Counted from the first letter of the stretch, positions 1-10,269 are shown. The stretch: 64,000 nt of DNA from an uncultured Clostridia bacterium (GCA_948934525.1 CAQZSK010000001.1:222574-286573); one strand, 5' to 3'. A program made the numbers and translations. The notes: generated by a model from the sequence alone, not told the origin.

Positions 1-88
1 TTTAATGAATAATTTTGAATAATAATTATTTAAGAACATAAAGGGAGCGCTAATTTTATAGCGCCCCCTATTTTAATGATTTTTAACA

Positions 89-1384
89 TTAACCTTCATA
101 ATCTTTTCCAATAATAATTGTAATATTTACTGTTGCATCTCCACCAGTTGTTATGGCCCCAGTTTCTAAAATCTGCTTAATATCCTCTTGTACTAATTCT
201 GATACATCTCCTCTAGTAATAATAGTTGTTGAACTTGTCTCAGTAGTATTTCCTGTTTTATTAACTGTGTAACCTGCATTTTTTAATTTTGCTACTACTT
301 TTTCTAACTTTGTATTACTAGAAGTTCCATTCAATACCTCTATTTTCAATTTTGTCTTATCAATACTAGAAGTATCTACTGTGCTATTGCTCTTCTTATC
401 TTCTTCATCTAATTTATTTGGATTGATAAATAGGTCATCTATCATCTTCTTTAATTTAGCATCATCTGCAAAATAAACCCAAACTCCATTAGGAGGACCT
501 TGATCTGATTTCCCTGGTACTTGTCCAGTTTTTAAGTTTGCCATGTCAAATTCTACAATATATGGTACATAGTCTTTGAGTGTGTCAAAGTCTAAATTAG
601 TTTCTACATATTCATTAGCAATATCAATAAATTCATTGATTTTAAAAATATTCTCTACTTTTAAAGTTTGTTTAGCAAGAGCTGTTAAGAAATTTCTCTG
701 TGTTTTCATTCTTCCTAAATCTTCCATACCATATTCATAAGGATAAGTAGTTCCATCATTATTATGTCTAAATCTAACTACCTGTTCTGCTTTATTTCCA
801 TCTAATTTTTGCTTACCAGCTTTTAAATTAATATGGAGATTTTGTCTTCTATCATCATATTTCATATCAATTGGTACATCAAATTCTACACCACCAATTG
901 CATCTACAAGCTTTTTAAAAGCTTGTGTATCTACTTTTAAATAATATTTGATATCTAAACCAGTTAATTCATTAACTTCCTTTAAGACATTTCCTACACC
1001 AGTTTGATATACTGCATTTATTTTGTCCCAAGCAGTTACATTAGCTCTATTATTTCCTATATAGGTATCTCTTGGAATAGAAAGTATAGAAGCCTGTTGC
1101 TCTTGTGGGTCATATTCTGCTATCATAATAGTATCTGTCAAATTTTCACTCTGACCTAACAATAGACAATAAATTTTAGGTAAATTCTTCAAGGTATTTG
1201 CATCATGTCCAACAGCAGTTGCTAAAAGCCCTTTCCATCCTCCACCATTTTGATGTACACGGTACCCTATAATACCACCTACTATTAAAAGAACTAGCAA
1301 AATAAACAGAAAAATTTTTTTCCCAGTTCCTTTTTTCCTTTTTCTTTTCTCTTTTTTATCTACAGCTCTTCTCGCTTTACTCAA
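89..1384 (-). CDS. LytR-CpsA-Psr (LCP) family cell-wall glycopolymer ligase
   Basis: 431-aa ORF with a Lys-rich N-terminus plus one TM. LCP core block DTIMIAEYDP...ILSIPRDTYI. C-terminal LytR_C-like block KIEVLNGTSSNTKLEKVVAKLKNAGYTV. Confidence 0.85.
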   Translation of the reverse strand: MSKARRAVDKKEKRKRKKGTGKKIFLFILLVLLIVGGIIGYRVHQNGGGWKGLLATAVGHDANTLKNLPKIYCLLLGQSENLTDTIMIAEYDPQEQQASILSIPRDTYIGNNRANVTAWDKINAVYQTGVGNVLKEVNELTGLDIKYYLKVDTQAFKKLVDAIGGVEFDVPIDMKYDDRRQNLHINLKAGKQKLDGNKAEQVVRFRHNNDGTTYPYEYGMEDLGRMKTQRNFLTALAKQTLKVENIFKINEFIDIANEYVETNLDFDTLKDYVPYIVEFDMANLKTGQVPGKSDQGPPNGVWVYFADDAKLKKMIDDLFINPNKLDEEDKKSNSTVDTSSIDKTKLKIEVLNGTSSNTKLEKVVAKLKNAGYTVNKTGNTTETSSTTIITRGDVSELVQEDIKQILETGAITTGGDATVNITIIIGKDYEG

Positions 1385-1477
1385 ATTTCTTCACCTTATT
1401 TTTCAAAATTTAATTCGTCTTTTAGTATAACAAATTCCATTAAAATTATCAACTAAATTCATAAAATCTTCACAATC

Positions 1478-2149
1478 TTAGAAAATTAACTTTAGTAATA
1501 AGTTATTATTATACATAGCACTTCCTATAAAAGATTTTTGAATAGCATCCAATATTCCTGTTCCACTTACTACTGGACTAATAAAAGATAACAATGCCAA
1601 TATTCCATAAATAACAATAAATGCTTCTATTAATCCATAGATAATACCACCTAATTTATCTACTTGTTTAATTAATGGTAAACTAGTAATAATATTGGCT
1701 AATCCTCTTACAAATATTAAGATAATTCTAGCAAGTAAGAATAGAGCAAACCACACTGCACTATTTATAATAGTAATAGAAACATCCCTTGCAGTTGCAT
1801 CTACTACTGCTTCTTTAGCTTCATTTCCAGCATTTTCTACTGTGTTATTGATATATTCCATCATGACAGATGGCATACTTTGGCTATCTTTTTCTTCATC
1901 TGGCTTAGTCTGCTCCTCTTGTTTTTCGTTACTTAAAATAGCATCACGAATTCCTTGTTCTAAGCTTTCATCCCAGTTAGTTTTATCTATAATAAAATTA
2001 GAAACTGGTTTAAAAAGTACAAATGCAATAACTAAAGCTAGTACAAAAGAAACAATTTTGAGTAAGGAACCTGTTAGACCTTTACGATATCCTAGTGCAA
2101 TACATAAAATTAAAATTCCTAAAACAATTGCATCAATAATAATACTCAT
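1478..2149 (-). CDS. CvpA family membrane protein
   Basis: 223 aa with multiple TM helices. N-terminus MSIIIDAIVLGILILCIALGYRKG is typical of the CvpA family. Confidence 0.7.
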   Translation of the reverse strand: MSIIIDAIVLGILILCIALGYRKGLTGSLLKIVSFVLALVIAFVLFKPVSNFIIDKTNWDESLEQGIRDAILSNEKQEEQTKPDEEKDSQSMPSVMMEYINNTVENAGNEAKEAVVDATARDVSITIINSAVWFALFLLARIILIFVRGLANIITSLPLIKQVDKLGGIIYGLIEAFIVIYGILALLSFISPVVSGTGILDAIQKSFIGSAMYNNNLLLKLIF

Positions 2150-2161
2150 ATTCCTCTCTCC

Positions 2162-3367
2162 TTATAAATTAATTAATTCAATTTTATCTCTATAAATAAT
2201 ACCTGCTATTCCATCACATATCACAATATTTCTAATTTCCTGTCTTGAAGTATATCTCTTTACTAGCCATCCATTTGTATTAATAAAATCTACCTCTGAT
2301 CCTAAATTAATAGCAATAATATTATCATAACTTGCAACACTTTTTGCAACTCCTTCAACTAGATAACTACTTTCTTTCTGATTCGTAATATTTTGCATTT
2401 CTACTTTTGTATTAGCAGTAAATGGGCCTGTTGATTCTTCTATCATTCGATATATGTAGTTAGTTAACTTACTATCCCCAAAAGTAATCTTTTTGTCTTC
2501 TTGCAAGTCCATTAATTTAACATCCACATTACTTTCTATCATATGAATACTATCATCATATACACATATTAATCGATTTTTTTCTTGATATTTCATTCTT
2601 AAAATCAAACTATTTTGTGGCGCTGTATAGTTAAATACTGGCTCTGTATTTTTTTCTGCTGCTTCTTTCATTGAAATAATCTTTACATTAGATTGTATTA
2701 CTGTTCCAGAAGTATTAATTTCTGCATATCCTAAATAGCTATTATCTTGTGATATACATGCATCCACTGCAGTTGTATTAGATAAATATGACTTAAATAG
2801 TTCATTTCCTTTATCATCATATGTAACTATTACAGATTTATAACTAGTACCAGTAATAATTGTACTAACATAACCACTTCTATTAACTGTTACTTTACTT
2901 AAATTTCCATCTACATTTTTTTCCCATATTATTTGGGTACCTGAAATTAGATATAATTTTTGACTTCCTTTTTCTCCAATTACCAAATATCTTCCATTAG
3001 TATCATATACTGGATTATTAATTTCTATCTTTACTTCTTGTTCTTTTTTTCCACTAGAATTATATTGTTCTAAATTATTCTCTGCTAGGATACAAATATA
3101 TCTTCCATATGGAATAATATTGGTATTAGAATCATAATCGAATTCAATAACAGCTACATTTTCATCAGTGAGGTCTTTTCTCAAAATATGTCTATCCATA
3201 AAATTTCGAAATTCTCTATTAAATGCATATATTACTGCTACAATAGTTAGAATTAGAATAACAACTGCTATGGCAATTATGATGATCATTTTTTTCTTAT
3301 TCAGTTTTTTCTTGGATTTTTTTTCTTGACTTTCTGGTTGCTGCTCAAATTCTACTACCTTTTTCAT
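2162..3367 (-). CDS. membrane-anchored hypothetical protein (DUF5711-like, beta-rich ectodomain)
   Basis: 401-aa ORF with a Lys-rich N-terminus, a single TM, then a repetitive beta-strand-like sequence. The family assignment is tentative. Confidence 0.55.
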   Translation of the reverse strand: MKKVVEFEQQPESQEKKSKKKLNKKKMIIIIAIAVVILILTIVAVIYAFNREFRNFMDRHILRKDLTDENVAVIEFDYDSNTNIIPYGRYICILAENNLEQYNSSGKKEQEVKIEINNPVYDTNGRYLVIGEKGSQKLYLISGTQIIWEKNVDGNLSKVTVNRSGYVSTIITGTSYKSVIVTYDDKGNELFKSYLSNTTAVDACISQDNSYLGYAEINTSGTVIQSNVKIISMKEAAEKNTEPVFNYTAPQNSLILRMKYQEKNRLICVYDDSIHMIESNVDVKLMDLQEDKKITFGDSKLTNYIYRMIEESTGPFTANTKVEMQNITNQKESSYLVEGVAKSVASYDNIIAINLGSEVDFINTNGWLVKRYTSRQEIRNIVICDGIAGIIYRDKIELINL

Positions 3368-3581
3368 TGCAAGTTTTATCCTTTCTATTTCTTCTTATTG
3401 TATTTATACCAGTTCTTAACTCTTTTTTCAACTAGTTGTCTAAAAAAATATATCACTTTCGCTTTTGCTACTCGTGATATAATTTTCTTTTTTATTTTAC
3501 CAATTAAGGAAGGAATCACGTTTCTTTAATAATATAGTTATACTCGAAAAACTCCTTAAAATTTTCCCTTCTGATACTATA

Positions 3582-3752
3582 TTAGAGTCCGGTGCCCACT
3601 ACTGCTACTCCACGACCATAGTTGCTGTTAGTCCAGTTGTTGTTGTTGAAGGAGAATACTCCACCGCCGCCACGTCTGAAACCGTTAGTACTGCTAACCC
3701 AGTTAGAGTTGCTAGAACCATGCCAGCCTGCACAGCTAGGATACCTCAACAT
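3582..3752 (-). CDS. unannotated 56-aa Gly/Asn/Trp-rich small ORF in a GC-rich patch
   Basis: Hand translation gives MLRYPSCAGWHGSSNSNWVSSTNGFRRGGGGVFSFNNNNWTNSNYGRGVAVVGTGL*. It falls below the ORF-track length cutoff. I counted 82 G+C in 160 nt (3591-3750) against ~25% in the flanks. There is a weak AGGGA Shine-Dalgarno 2-3 nt from the ATG. Confidence 0.3.
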   Translation of the reverse strand: MLRYPSCAGWHGSSNSNWVSSTNGFRRGGGGVFSFNNNNWTNSNYGRGVAVVGTGL

Positions 3753-3821
3753 AATCCCTAATTTTCTTCTTTCTGTATAATAGTATAATATATTTTATCA
3801 TTATTTGTCTAGCATTTTGCG

Positions 3822-4889
3822 TCATTTTCTATACCTTAGTAAAGCCACAACCTGTATTAATCCTAAAATGCCGAATATCGGATATAACTTGCTTACCAAA
3901 TTGGAAAATCCAATATTCGCTATGAATGGCGCTGATATACAAATTATTAGTAATACCTTTTGATAATATGCTTTTTCTCTTTTAGCAATATCTCCTTTCG
4001 AGAATTGTTGCTTTGCTACTTGACTTTTCAAAAATCCATATCCTGCTGAAATAGCTGTTGTAAAAATAGCTGTAACTACTACTCCCTCATATAGATAAGT
4101 ATATATCGCTCCAAATTCCTTAACAATTTCTATCATTGGTAACTCTAATCTATAAATCATCTCATTTCCTCTTAGTAAAAGACCAAATAGACTAATACCT
4201 AATAAAGTTAATAAAATACCACATATAATACTAATCTTTTTTGATTTTGAAGTGATGTATGGTTTTAATTCTACTAACATTGGTACTAAAGTAATGCTAT
4301 TGTAACTTGCATACAAAATACTACTGCATATCCATTGCCAATTATTAGAATTTTGCACACTTTTTATATTAAAATGTTGTGTAGCAAAATCTAAATTTCG
4401 TACTCCTAAATATAAAATGAATAGTATTAGAGCTGGCATTAAAACACTATTAACAGCCATAATTCCTTTCATATCTCTTTGTAAAATGAAATAACAAAAA
4501 GCTGCCATTATACTCGCACAAATCCATATTGGAATCCCAAATTCTTGTTGGAAGAGTGCACTCATCCCTGCTACCATAATATAAAATGAAATCAGTAAGA
4601 ATATGGAAATAATAATAGAAATGGCGTGATTTAGTATTTTTCTCGAACTTATTTTGCTTAATAATTGTTCATAAGTTGTTATATTTTTTCTTTCTATCAT
4701 TTGAAAGACTTGATAAATAATTATTCCTGAAATAAAACAGGAAATCATCATTCCTGCTGCTCCCCAACTACCATATTGATTAAAAAACAACCATATTTCT
4801 TGCCCAGATGCAAATCCTGCACCTATTATTGTTCCTATTACTACAAAAACAGCTTTTAGAATTGATTTCATATATAAAAACTCCTTCAT
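3822..4889 (-). CDS. YkvI-like membrane transporter family protein
   Basis: Polytopic membrane ORF. GTIIGAGFASGQEIWLFF near the N-terminus resembles the YkvI family. The likely true start is ATG 4871 (AAGGAG 9 nt upstream). Confidence 0.6.
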   Translation of the reverse strand: MKEFLYMKSILKAVFVVIGTIIGAGFASGQEIWLFFNQYGSWGAAGMMISCFISGIIIYQVFQMIERKNITTYEQLLSKISSRKILNHAISIIISIFLLISFYIMVAGMSALFQQEFGIPIWICASIMAAFCYFILQRDMKGIMAVNSVLMPALILFILYLGVRNLDFATQHFNIKSVQNSNNWQWICSSILYASYNSITLVPMLVELKPYITSKSKKISIICGILLTLLGISLFGLLLRGNEMIYRLELPMIEIVKEFGAIYTYLYEGVVVTAIFTTAISAGYGFLKSQVAKQQFSKGDIAKREKAYYQKVLLIICISAPFIANIGFSNLVSKLYPIFGILGLIQVVALLRYRK

Positions 4890-4938
4890 ATTTCTATCAT
4901 ATGAAGGAGTCTTCTTTTTAGAAGTTTCATTTTTATCT

Positions 4939-6387
4939 TTATTTTTTACGTCTTCTTAAAACCCATATTACAATTCCTACTACAATAATTAATACTGGGA
5001 TTGTAAAAATAATTGTTAATATAATTCTATTTTGCGTTTCTGTTACTTGATAATTAACTGTTTCAACATTTTTACGAATAGTAATATTATCTTCTCTTTC
5101 TGTTAAATATGAAATAGAGTTTAGAATAATGTCTTTATTATTTGAAAAGTCAAGAGCATACATGTAGTATGTTTGACTTACTTGTATTTGCGTATTAGTT
5201 GCAAATACAGTGCTTGCAAACACAATTAATTTAGAAGCTGTGTCATCATTGATTTGTTTTGTCAACATTGCTGCTATAGTATTTCCACTAGCATCTTCAT
5301 CACTCGAAATTTTACTTTGGCTTGAAGCTTGCAAATCAGTACGATAAAAAGCTTTATCACTAACAGTAGCTAAGATTTCGGTAGTTACATTTTTAGCTTT
5401 TAAATCTTCATCTGATACTATAGTAAGTCTTCCAGGATTAATTAAGCACACATTCAAATCCATTGTCATGTTTTTAGTAATACTTGAACTATTATTAATT
5501 GTAGAAATAACAAAGTTTGGTGCTCCTGATACCATTTTATTAGTATCTCCTTCTAAGATAATACCATTTGAAATACTAACACCATACTCATCTAGCACCT
5601 TTTGAAAATTAGCTAATTTAACGTTTTCAAGATTTGGATCTAGTAATAATAGAATTTCTCCACCTTTTTTAATATAATCAATTAATCTATCTTTTTCCAT
5701 CTCTTTAATATCTTCTTTTAAAGCAGTGATAACAAGTACGTCACAATCATCTGGTACTTTTCCAGCGGTTAATAAATTAAGTTGAGTTACTTCATTTACT
5801 TCCTCTATAAATGCATTTTGCAAATACTGAAAATAAGTATCTGAATATAGATTATGTCCTGTTAAGAAATATATTTTAGGTTTTACAGTTGTTGTCACAT
5901 CTAAAATTCCGTTTGTAATTGCTTCTTCTGTAATATCAATTTGTTGATAAGTTGAATAGTCCATTGTGAATAAATCATATTCTTGTAGCATTTTTTCTCT
6001 ATTTTGAGTAGCTATTACAATGAAAGCACTTGTATCAGTTACCCCATAATCTGTTTTCCATTTTGTTTTCGATGTTAGATCCTCTACTTTTTCAACCTTA
6101 ATATGATCATTTAATCTTGCATATTGATTTGCAAGTTCTTTCACAGAATCATACATGTTATAAATTGAAATTGTAATGTCTGTATCTAAATTTCTTAATT
6201 TATCTTTTGTTTCTTGAGAAATAGAGTAAAGCTTTTCCTTCGTTAAATCAATATCTGCAATCTCAGCTTTTTCTACTGTAAAATTAATTGCTAAATATGC
6301 ACAAATAATAATACCAACAAGTAAAAGTGTTAATGTAATACTTTTAAGCCATTTATTTTTAATAATTTGTATAAATTTGTTATCCAT
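4939..6387 (-). CDS. GldG-like auxiliary component of an ABC-2 system
   Basis: 482 aa with N- and C-terminal TM anchors and a large extracytoplasmic domain. It lies directly downstream of the ABC-2 permease and ATPase genes. Confidence 0.6.
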   Translation of the reverse strand: MDNKFIQIIKNKWLKSITLTLLLVGIIICAYLAINFTVEKAEIADIDLTKEKLYSISQETKDKLRNLDTDITISIYNMYDSVKELANQYARLNDHIKVEKVEDLTSKTKWKTDYGVTDTSAFIVIATQNREKMLQEYDLFTMDYSTYQQIDITEEAITNGILDVTTTVKPKIYFLTGHNLYSDTYFQYLQNAFIEEVNEVTQLNLLTAGKVPDDCDVLVITALKEDIKEMEKDRLIDYIKKGGEILLLLDPNLENVKLANFQKVLDEYGVSISNGIILEGDTNKMVSGAPNFVISTINNSSSITKNMTMDLNVCLINPGRLTIVSDEDLKAKNVTTEILATVSDKAFYRTDLQASSQSKISSDEDASGNTIAAMLTKQINDDTASKLIVFASTVFATNTQIQVSQTYYMYALDFSNNKDIILNSISYLTEREDNITIRKNVETVNYQVTETQNRIILTIIFTIPVLIIVVGIVIWVLRRRKK

Positions 6388-6400
6388 TTTTTCTCCCTTC

Positions 6401-7084
6401 CTATTTTACAGATTTTCTTCTTTGCATAATCATAATGGTAATTAAAATAAATACTGCTGCAAATGATACAAGTCTTACTACCTCTTGAATAGAGATAACA
6501 CCTGCTGGGAATTTTTGATAACTACTCATTAAATCAATAATTTCAAATCCTTCACCAAAGTTTGGCAAAAACCAAGGTATTACTAAAAATACAATGGTAA
6601 TAATGGCTGAAATCACTTGGTTTTCTGTAATACTTGATGCAAACATTCCAAGAGAAATAGCTGCAATAGAAAGTAATAAAAATCCTAATATCATAACTAA
6701 CACTGGTACTATATTTGGTGCTTGGAAAAAGCATAAAATCACATAATACATAAGTGAAATAACAAGTGTAATAACAATTAGGGCAACTGCTGCTAAAAAT
6801 TTTCCAAATACAATTCCTGTAATGCTTTTAGGAGATGTTAATAATAATTGCTCTGTTCCGTTTTTTCGCTCTTCCGCAAACATTCTCATTGTAATAATTG
6901 GGACAATTACTAAAAGTCCATATCTTGCAGTATTAAAATATAAATTTCCCATATCAATAGCTCTTTGATAAATAGTTGTTAAATAGAAAAATAAGCTGAA
7001 TACTAATAAGAATAGACCTATTGCCACATATCCTATTGGAGATAAGAAATAGCTTTTTAATTCTTTTTTAAATACGGCTAACAT
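6401..7084 (-). CDS. ABC-2 type transporter permease (GldF-like)
   Basis: 227 aa with 6 predicted TM helices. Its start overlaps the stop of the ATPase gene (7084). Confidence 0.7.
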   Translation of the reverse strand: MLAVFKKELKSYFLSPIGYVAIGLFLLVFSLFFYLTTIYQRAIDMGNLYFNTARYGLLVIVPIITMRMFAEERKNGTEQLLLTSPKSITGIVFGKFLAAVALIVITLVISLMYYVILCFFQAPNIVPVLVMILGFLLLSIAAISLGMFASSITENQVISAIITIVFLVIPWFLPNFGEGFEIIDLMSSYQKFPAGVISIQEVVRLVSFAAVFILITIMIMQRRKSVK

Positions 7085-8148
7085 TATTTATCTCCTCCTT
7101 TTTTCTTATTTTCTTTTTTAATTTGTTTTTCTTTGGCTTTTTCCTCTTTCTTTTGTGCTTTTTCTGCTTTTATAGTTGCCTTATCCTTTACTTGTTTTTC
7201 TACTGTTTGACTACTAGTAGTATCAATTAATTTGATAAAGGCATCTTCTAAGGTCGATTCGCTTTTCTTTAATTCAAATATTGTAATTTCTTGTTTTGGT
7301 AATACTTCAAATAATTTTTTTCTTAAATCCATTTCCCCTGAAGAACTAATAGCATATTGCTTTGTTCCATCTTCATTATCTTTTAGGAATTTTATTTCAC
7401 TAATTTCAGTTACTTGTTCTTGTAGATTTTTCATATTTTCTTTTGGATCTTCTACTGTTACTAAGATAGTATTTTTCTCTTTTGTTTTATTTTCTAAATT
7501 CTCAGGAGTATCTATTGCCACAATTTTTCCATGATTAATGATTACAACTCTTTCACAAATTTGGCTTACTTCTGATAAGATATGGCTACTTAAAATAACA
7601 GTATGTTTTTTTCCTAGTTCTTTTATCAAGGTTCTAATTTCTGTGATTTGTTTTGGATCTAATCCAACTGTTGGTTCATCTAAAATAATAACCGCTGGAT
7701 CGCCAACTAAAGCTCCTGCCATACTAACTCTTTGTTTATATCCTCTTGATAAATTACGAATTATTTTATTTTGTACACCTTCTAATCCAACTTCACTAAG
7801 AATTCTTTTTACCATTTCTTTTTTCTGTTTTGATTTTACACTTTTTAACTCTGCCATATAGTTTACAAACTCTTTAACTGTTAGTTCCGTATATAAAGGA
7901 GTACCTTCTGGCATATAGCCAATTTGCTTTTTTGCTTTTTTAGGCTTTTTTGCTATATCAAAACCATTTACAATAATTTGTCCTTCTGTTGGTTCGATAA
8001 AGCCTGTAATCATATTCATAGTGGTACTTTTACCAGCACCATTTGGTCCTAAAAATCCAACAACTTCGCCATCTTTTACTTCAAAATTGATGTGATCTAC
8101 AGCTGTGATATTAGGATACTTTTTTGTGACATTTTTAATTTCTATCAC
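7084..8148 (-). CDS. ABC transporter ATP-binding protein
   Basis: Walker A GPNGAGKST, signature LSRGYKQR, Walker B ILDEPTVGLD. Lys/Glu-rich C-terminal tail. Confidence 0.9.
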   Translation of the reverse strand: MIEIKNVTKKYPNITAVDHINFEVKDGEVVGFLGPNGAGKSTTMNMITGFIEPTEGQIIVNGFDIAKKPKKAKKQIGYMPEGTPLYTELTVKEFVNYMAELKSVKSKQKKEMVKRILSEVGLEGVQNKIIRNLSRGYKQRVSMAGALVGDPAVIILDEPTVGLDPKQITEIRTLIKELGKKHTVILSSHILSEVSQICERVVIINHGKIVAIDTPENLENKTKEKNTILVTVEDPKENMKNLQEQVTEISEIKFLKDNEDGTKQYAISSSGEMDLRKKLFEVLPKQEITIFELKKSESTLEDAFIKLIDTTSSQTVEKQVKDKATIKAEKAQKKEEKAKEKQIKKENKKKGGDK

Positions 8149-8305
8149 TTTTAATTCCTCCTCTTTCTGATTTCCGTATATGTTTACTGGCTTATCTTAT
8201 CATTATATTTTTTTGTGTGCAATGGTTTTATTAAAATTTCACATAGAATTTACACATTTTGTTGTTATTTTAAAATGACATACATATATATGAAATGCAA
8301 GGAGT

Positions 8306-8926
8306 ATGTTTATGGAATTAATTTACCCTTTTTTAATTGCTTTTTCTATGGTGTTTGTAAGTGAACTTGGGGATAAGACTCAGTTATTGGTTTTGTCTTT
8401 TTCGAATAAAGGGCAAACTTTTAAGATTTTATTAGGAGTTGCTATTGGCTCATTCTTTAGCCATGGCTTAGCTATTTTATTTGGAAGTAGTGTACATTTA
8501 TTTGCAAATCAAGCTTTCCATTATGCTATTCATTGGATTACCTATCTTTCTTTTCTATTGATTGGAGTTGCCTCTTTATTACCACAAAAAGATGACTCTG
8601 CTGATGGCAAAAAGGATGGTTTGATTTATAAAATATCGCATTTGAAATTAAATTATTGTTTGATTATTGCTTTATGTATTATTGTGGGAGAATTAGGAGA
8701 TAAAACTTTTTTAGCTTCTATTGGTTTAGGAGTACAATACCCACATTCTAAAATTGCTTTAATTGCAGGGGCTATTTGTGCTATGGTAGCTTGTGATTTT
8801 ATTGCCATTTTATTTGGGAAGTTTTTGAATAAACACATTTCTGAAAAAACAATGCACAAATTGTCTGGAGCCTTATTTCTATTATTTGGAATAATTGGAA
8901 TTGTGGGAATTTTATTGGGAGAATAA
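8306..8926 (+). CDS. GDT1/TMEM165 (UPF0016) family cation transporter
   Basis: Two E-x-G-D-K-T motifs (SELGDKTQ and GELGDKTF) in a 6-TM protein. The likely start is ATG 8312. Confidence 0.8.
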   Translation: MFMELIYPFLIAFSMVFVSELGDKTQLLVLSFSNKGQTFKILLGVAIGSFFSHGLAILFGSSVHLFANQAFHYAIHWITYLSFLLIGVASLLPQKDDSADGKKDGLIYKISHLKLNYCLIIALCIIVGELGDKTFLASIGLGVQYPHSKIALIAGAICAMVACDFIAILFGKFLNKHISEKTMHKLSGALFLLFGIIGIVGILLGE

Positions 8927-8991
8927 ACTATTTTACTTTTTCTTCTATCTATGCTATACTAATACATATTATTTAGAAAGAGGATAGAAAC

Positions 8992-9282
8992 ATGACAAGT
9001 AAACAAAGAGCATATTTAAGAGGATTAGCAAATAGCCTACAACCAATTTTTCAAATTGGAAAGTCTGGCTTATCAGATAATTTAATCAAGCAATTAGATG
9101 ATGCCTTAGAGGCTAGAGAATTAATTAAAATTAGTGTTTTGGAAACTGCACCTAATAATGTGAAAAGTTTAGGTGAAGAAATTTCAATAGCTACTCATTC
9201 TGTTTGTGTTCAAACAGTAGGTAGCAAAATTACATTGTATCGTGCCAGAAAAAAAGATAGCAAGATTGTATTGCCAGAATAA
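8992..9282 (+). CDS. yhbY: YhbY/CRM-domain ribosome-assembly RNA-binding protein
   Basis: 96 aa. KQRAYLRGLANSLQPIFQIGKSGL...ELIKISV is typical of YhbY. Confidence 0.8.
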   Translation: MTSKQRAYLRGLANSLQPIFQIGKSGLSDNLIKQLDDALEARELIKISVLETAPNNVKSLGEEISIATHSVCVQTVGSKITLYRARKKDSKIVLPE

Positions 9283-9313
9283 TGATAAAAGACTAGATGT
9301 AGTTCTAGTCTTT

Positions 9314-10237
9314 TTATTCAAAATATTTGCTTAAGTCTATTTTATTATCTGCTTGTTTCCAAACCACTCTATTTTTTCCACTTTTTAAAGTCTCTTTAGT
9401 CGCTTCTATATCAAATACATAAATTCCTCTAAATCGATACATCATAAAACCTGTTTCATCTTTATATTTTGGAAATAGAATTCTTATTTCTTCAGAATGC
9501 CATTTTATCATATCTTTCACAAATCCAATTGGGTCATCTATTCTATATTCAAAAATATATTTTTTGTCACTTGTAATAGTATTAATATACGGATTATTTT
9601 TAAATTCATTTTGGCTACTTTCTTCTAATTGTAGCTTAGGGCAACAAACATGTTCATTTGGATATCCTGTTTTAAAATATATTTTCTGATTTGCTTTATA
9701 CCCTTTGTTAAACAACTCTGAAACTTCTTGTACTGTTCTAAACTGAACATTATCTTCAGTAGATATGTTTTGTTGTTTAATATAATATTCAGGTGTTCTA
9801 TTTTCATTCGTCCAAGGCTTAAATCTATCACCTAATTTTTCAATTCGATTATTAATAACATTAATAATTTCATCAATTTGTGTATGAATTTCCTCTATAC
9901 TTTTTGTCACATCTATTCTTAATACTTCTGGTTCAAAAGAAAGTATTTCACTTAAAGAATTAATTTCCTTTTCTATAGATTTCGTTCTCTCTATATCATC
10001 TTTCCTATTCCATTCCTTCTGGTGTTGCCATTCATCTACTTCAACTACTAGCTTAATTTGTGGAAAATACAAATCAGCTAATGCTATTCTTCCATTTTCT
10101 CTTTTAAATAATTGTTGCGTAATAATTTGTACATCCAGCCTATTTAATAAATTATAGATTCTGGTAATACAATAGTTCTCATATTTCTTTCCAAAGGATT
10201 TTTTCAATTGATTTGTAATATATTCTTTTTTATCCAC
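9314..10237 (-). CDS. PvuRts1I/AbaSI-like modification-dependent (5hmC/glucosyl-5hmC) type IV restriction endonuclease
   Basis: 307 aa. The N-terminal block KKYENYCITRIYNLL...ALADLYFPQIKLVVEVDEWQH and the C-terminal MYRFRGIYVFD match my recollection of the PvuRts1I family (Vsr-like nuclease plus SRA-like domain) and its ~300-aa size. Confidence 0.6.
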   Translation of the reverse strand: MDKKEYITNQLKKSFGKKYENYCITRIYNLLNRLDVQIITQQLFKRENGRIALADLYFPQIKLVVEVDEWQHQKEWNRKDDIERTKSIEKEINSLSEILSFEPEVLRIDVTKSIEEIHTQIDEIINVINNRIEKLGDRFKPWTNENRTPEYYIKQQNISTEDNVQFRTVQEVSELFNKGYKANQKIYFKTGYPNEHVCCPKLQLEESSQNEFKNNPYINTITSDKKYIFEYRIDDPIGFVKDMIKWHSEEIRILFPKYKDETGFMMYRFRGIYVFDIEATKETLKSGKNRVVWKQADNKIDLSKYFE

Positions 10238-10269
10238 TTTTTCTAGCTCCTTTTTTCTGATAGCCTAAT

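Noticed and set aside
1695-2195. 166-aa plus-strand ORF
   Set aside because: It is entirely antisense to the well-supported cvpA-like gene and has a low-complexity hydrophobic translation typical of shadow ORFs in AT-rich DNA. The same reasoning applies to 3326-3529, 6552-6734, 7232-7861, 8653-8859, 9625-9831, 10646-10849, 11177-11914, 12676-12930, 14752-14955, 17541-17741, 18769-19002, 23975-24366, 24912-25361, 30226-30572, 38024-39463, 43282-43578, 45040-45231, 46443-46655, 48389-48656, 54275-54604, 58155-58616, 61338-61664, 62697-62891 and 63750-63971.
8149-8305. Possible yybP-ykoY manganese riboswitch upstream of the GDT1/TMEM165 transporter
   Set aside because: The 157-nt leader is uniformly AT-rich. 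It has no paired GC-rich helices and none of the conserved GGGGAGUAG-type core that I could find.
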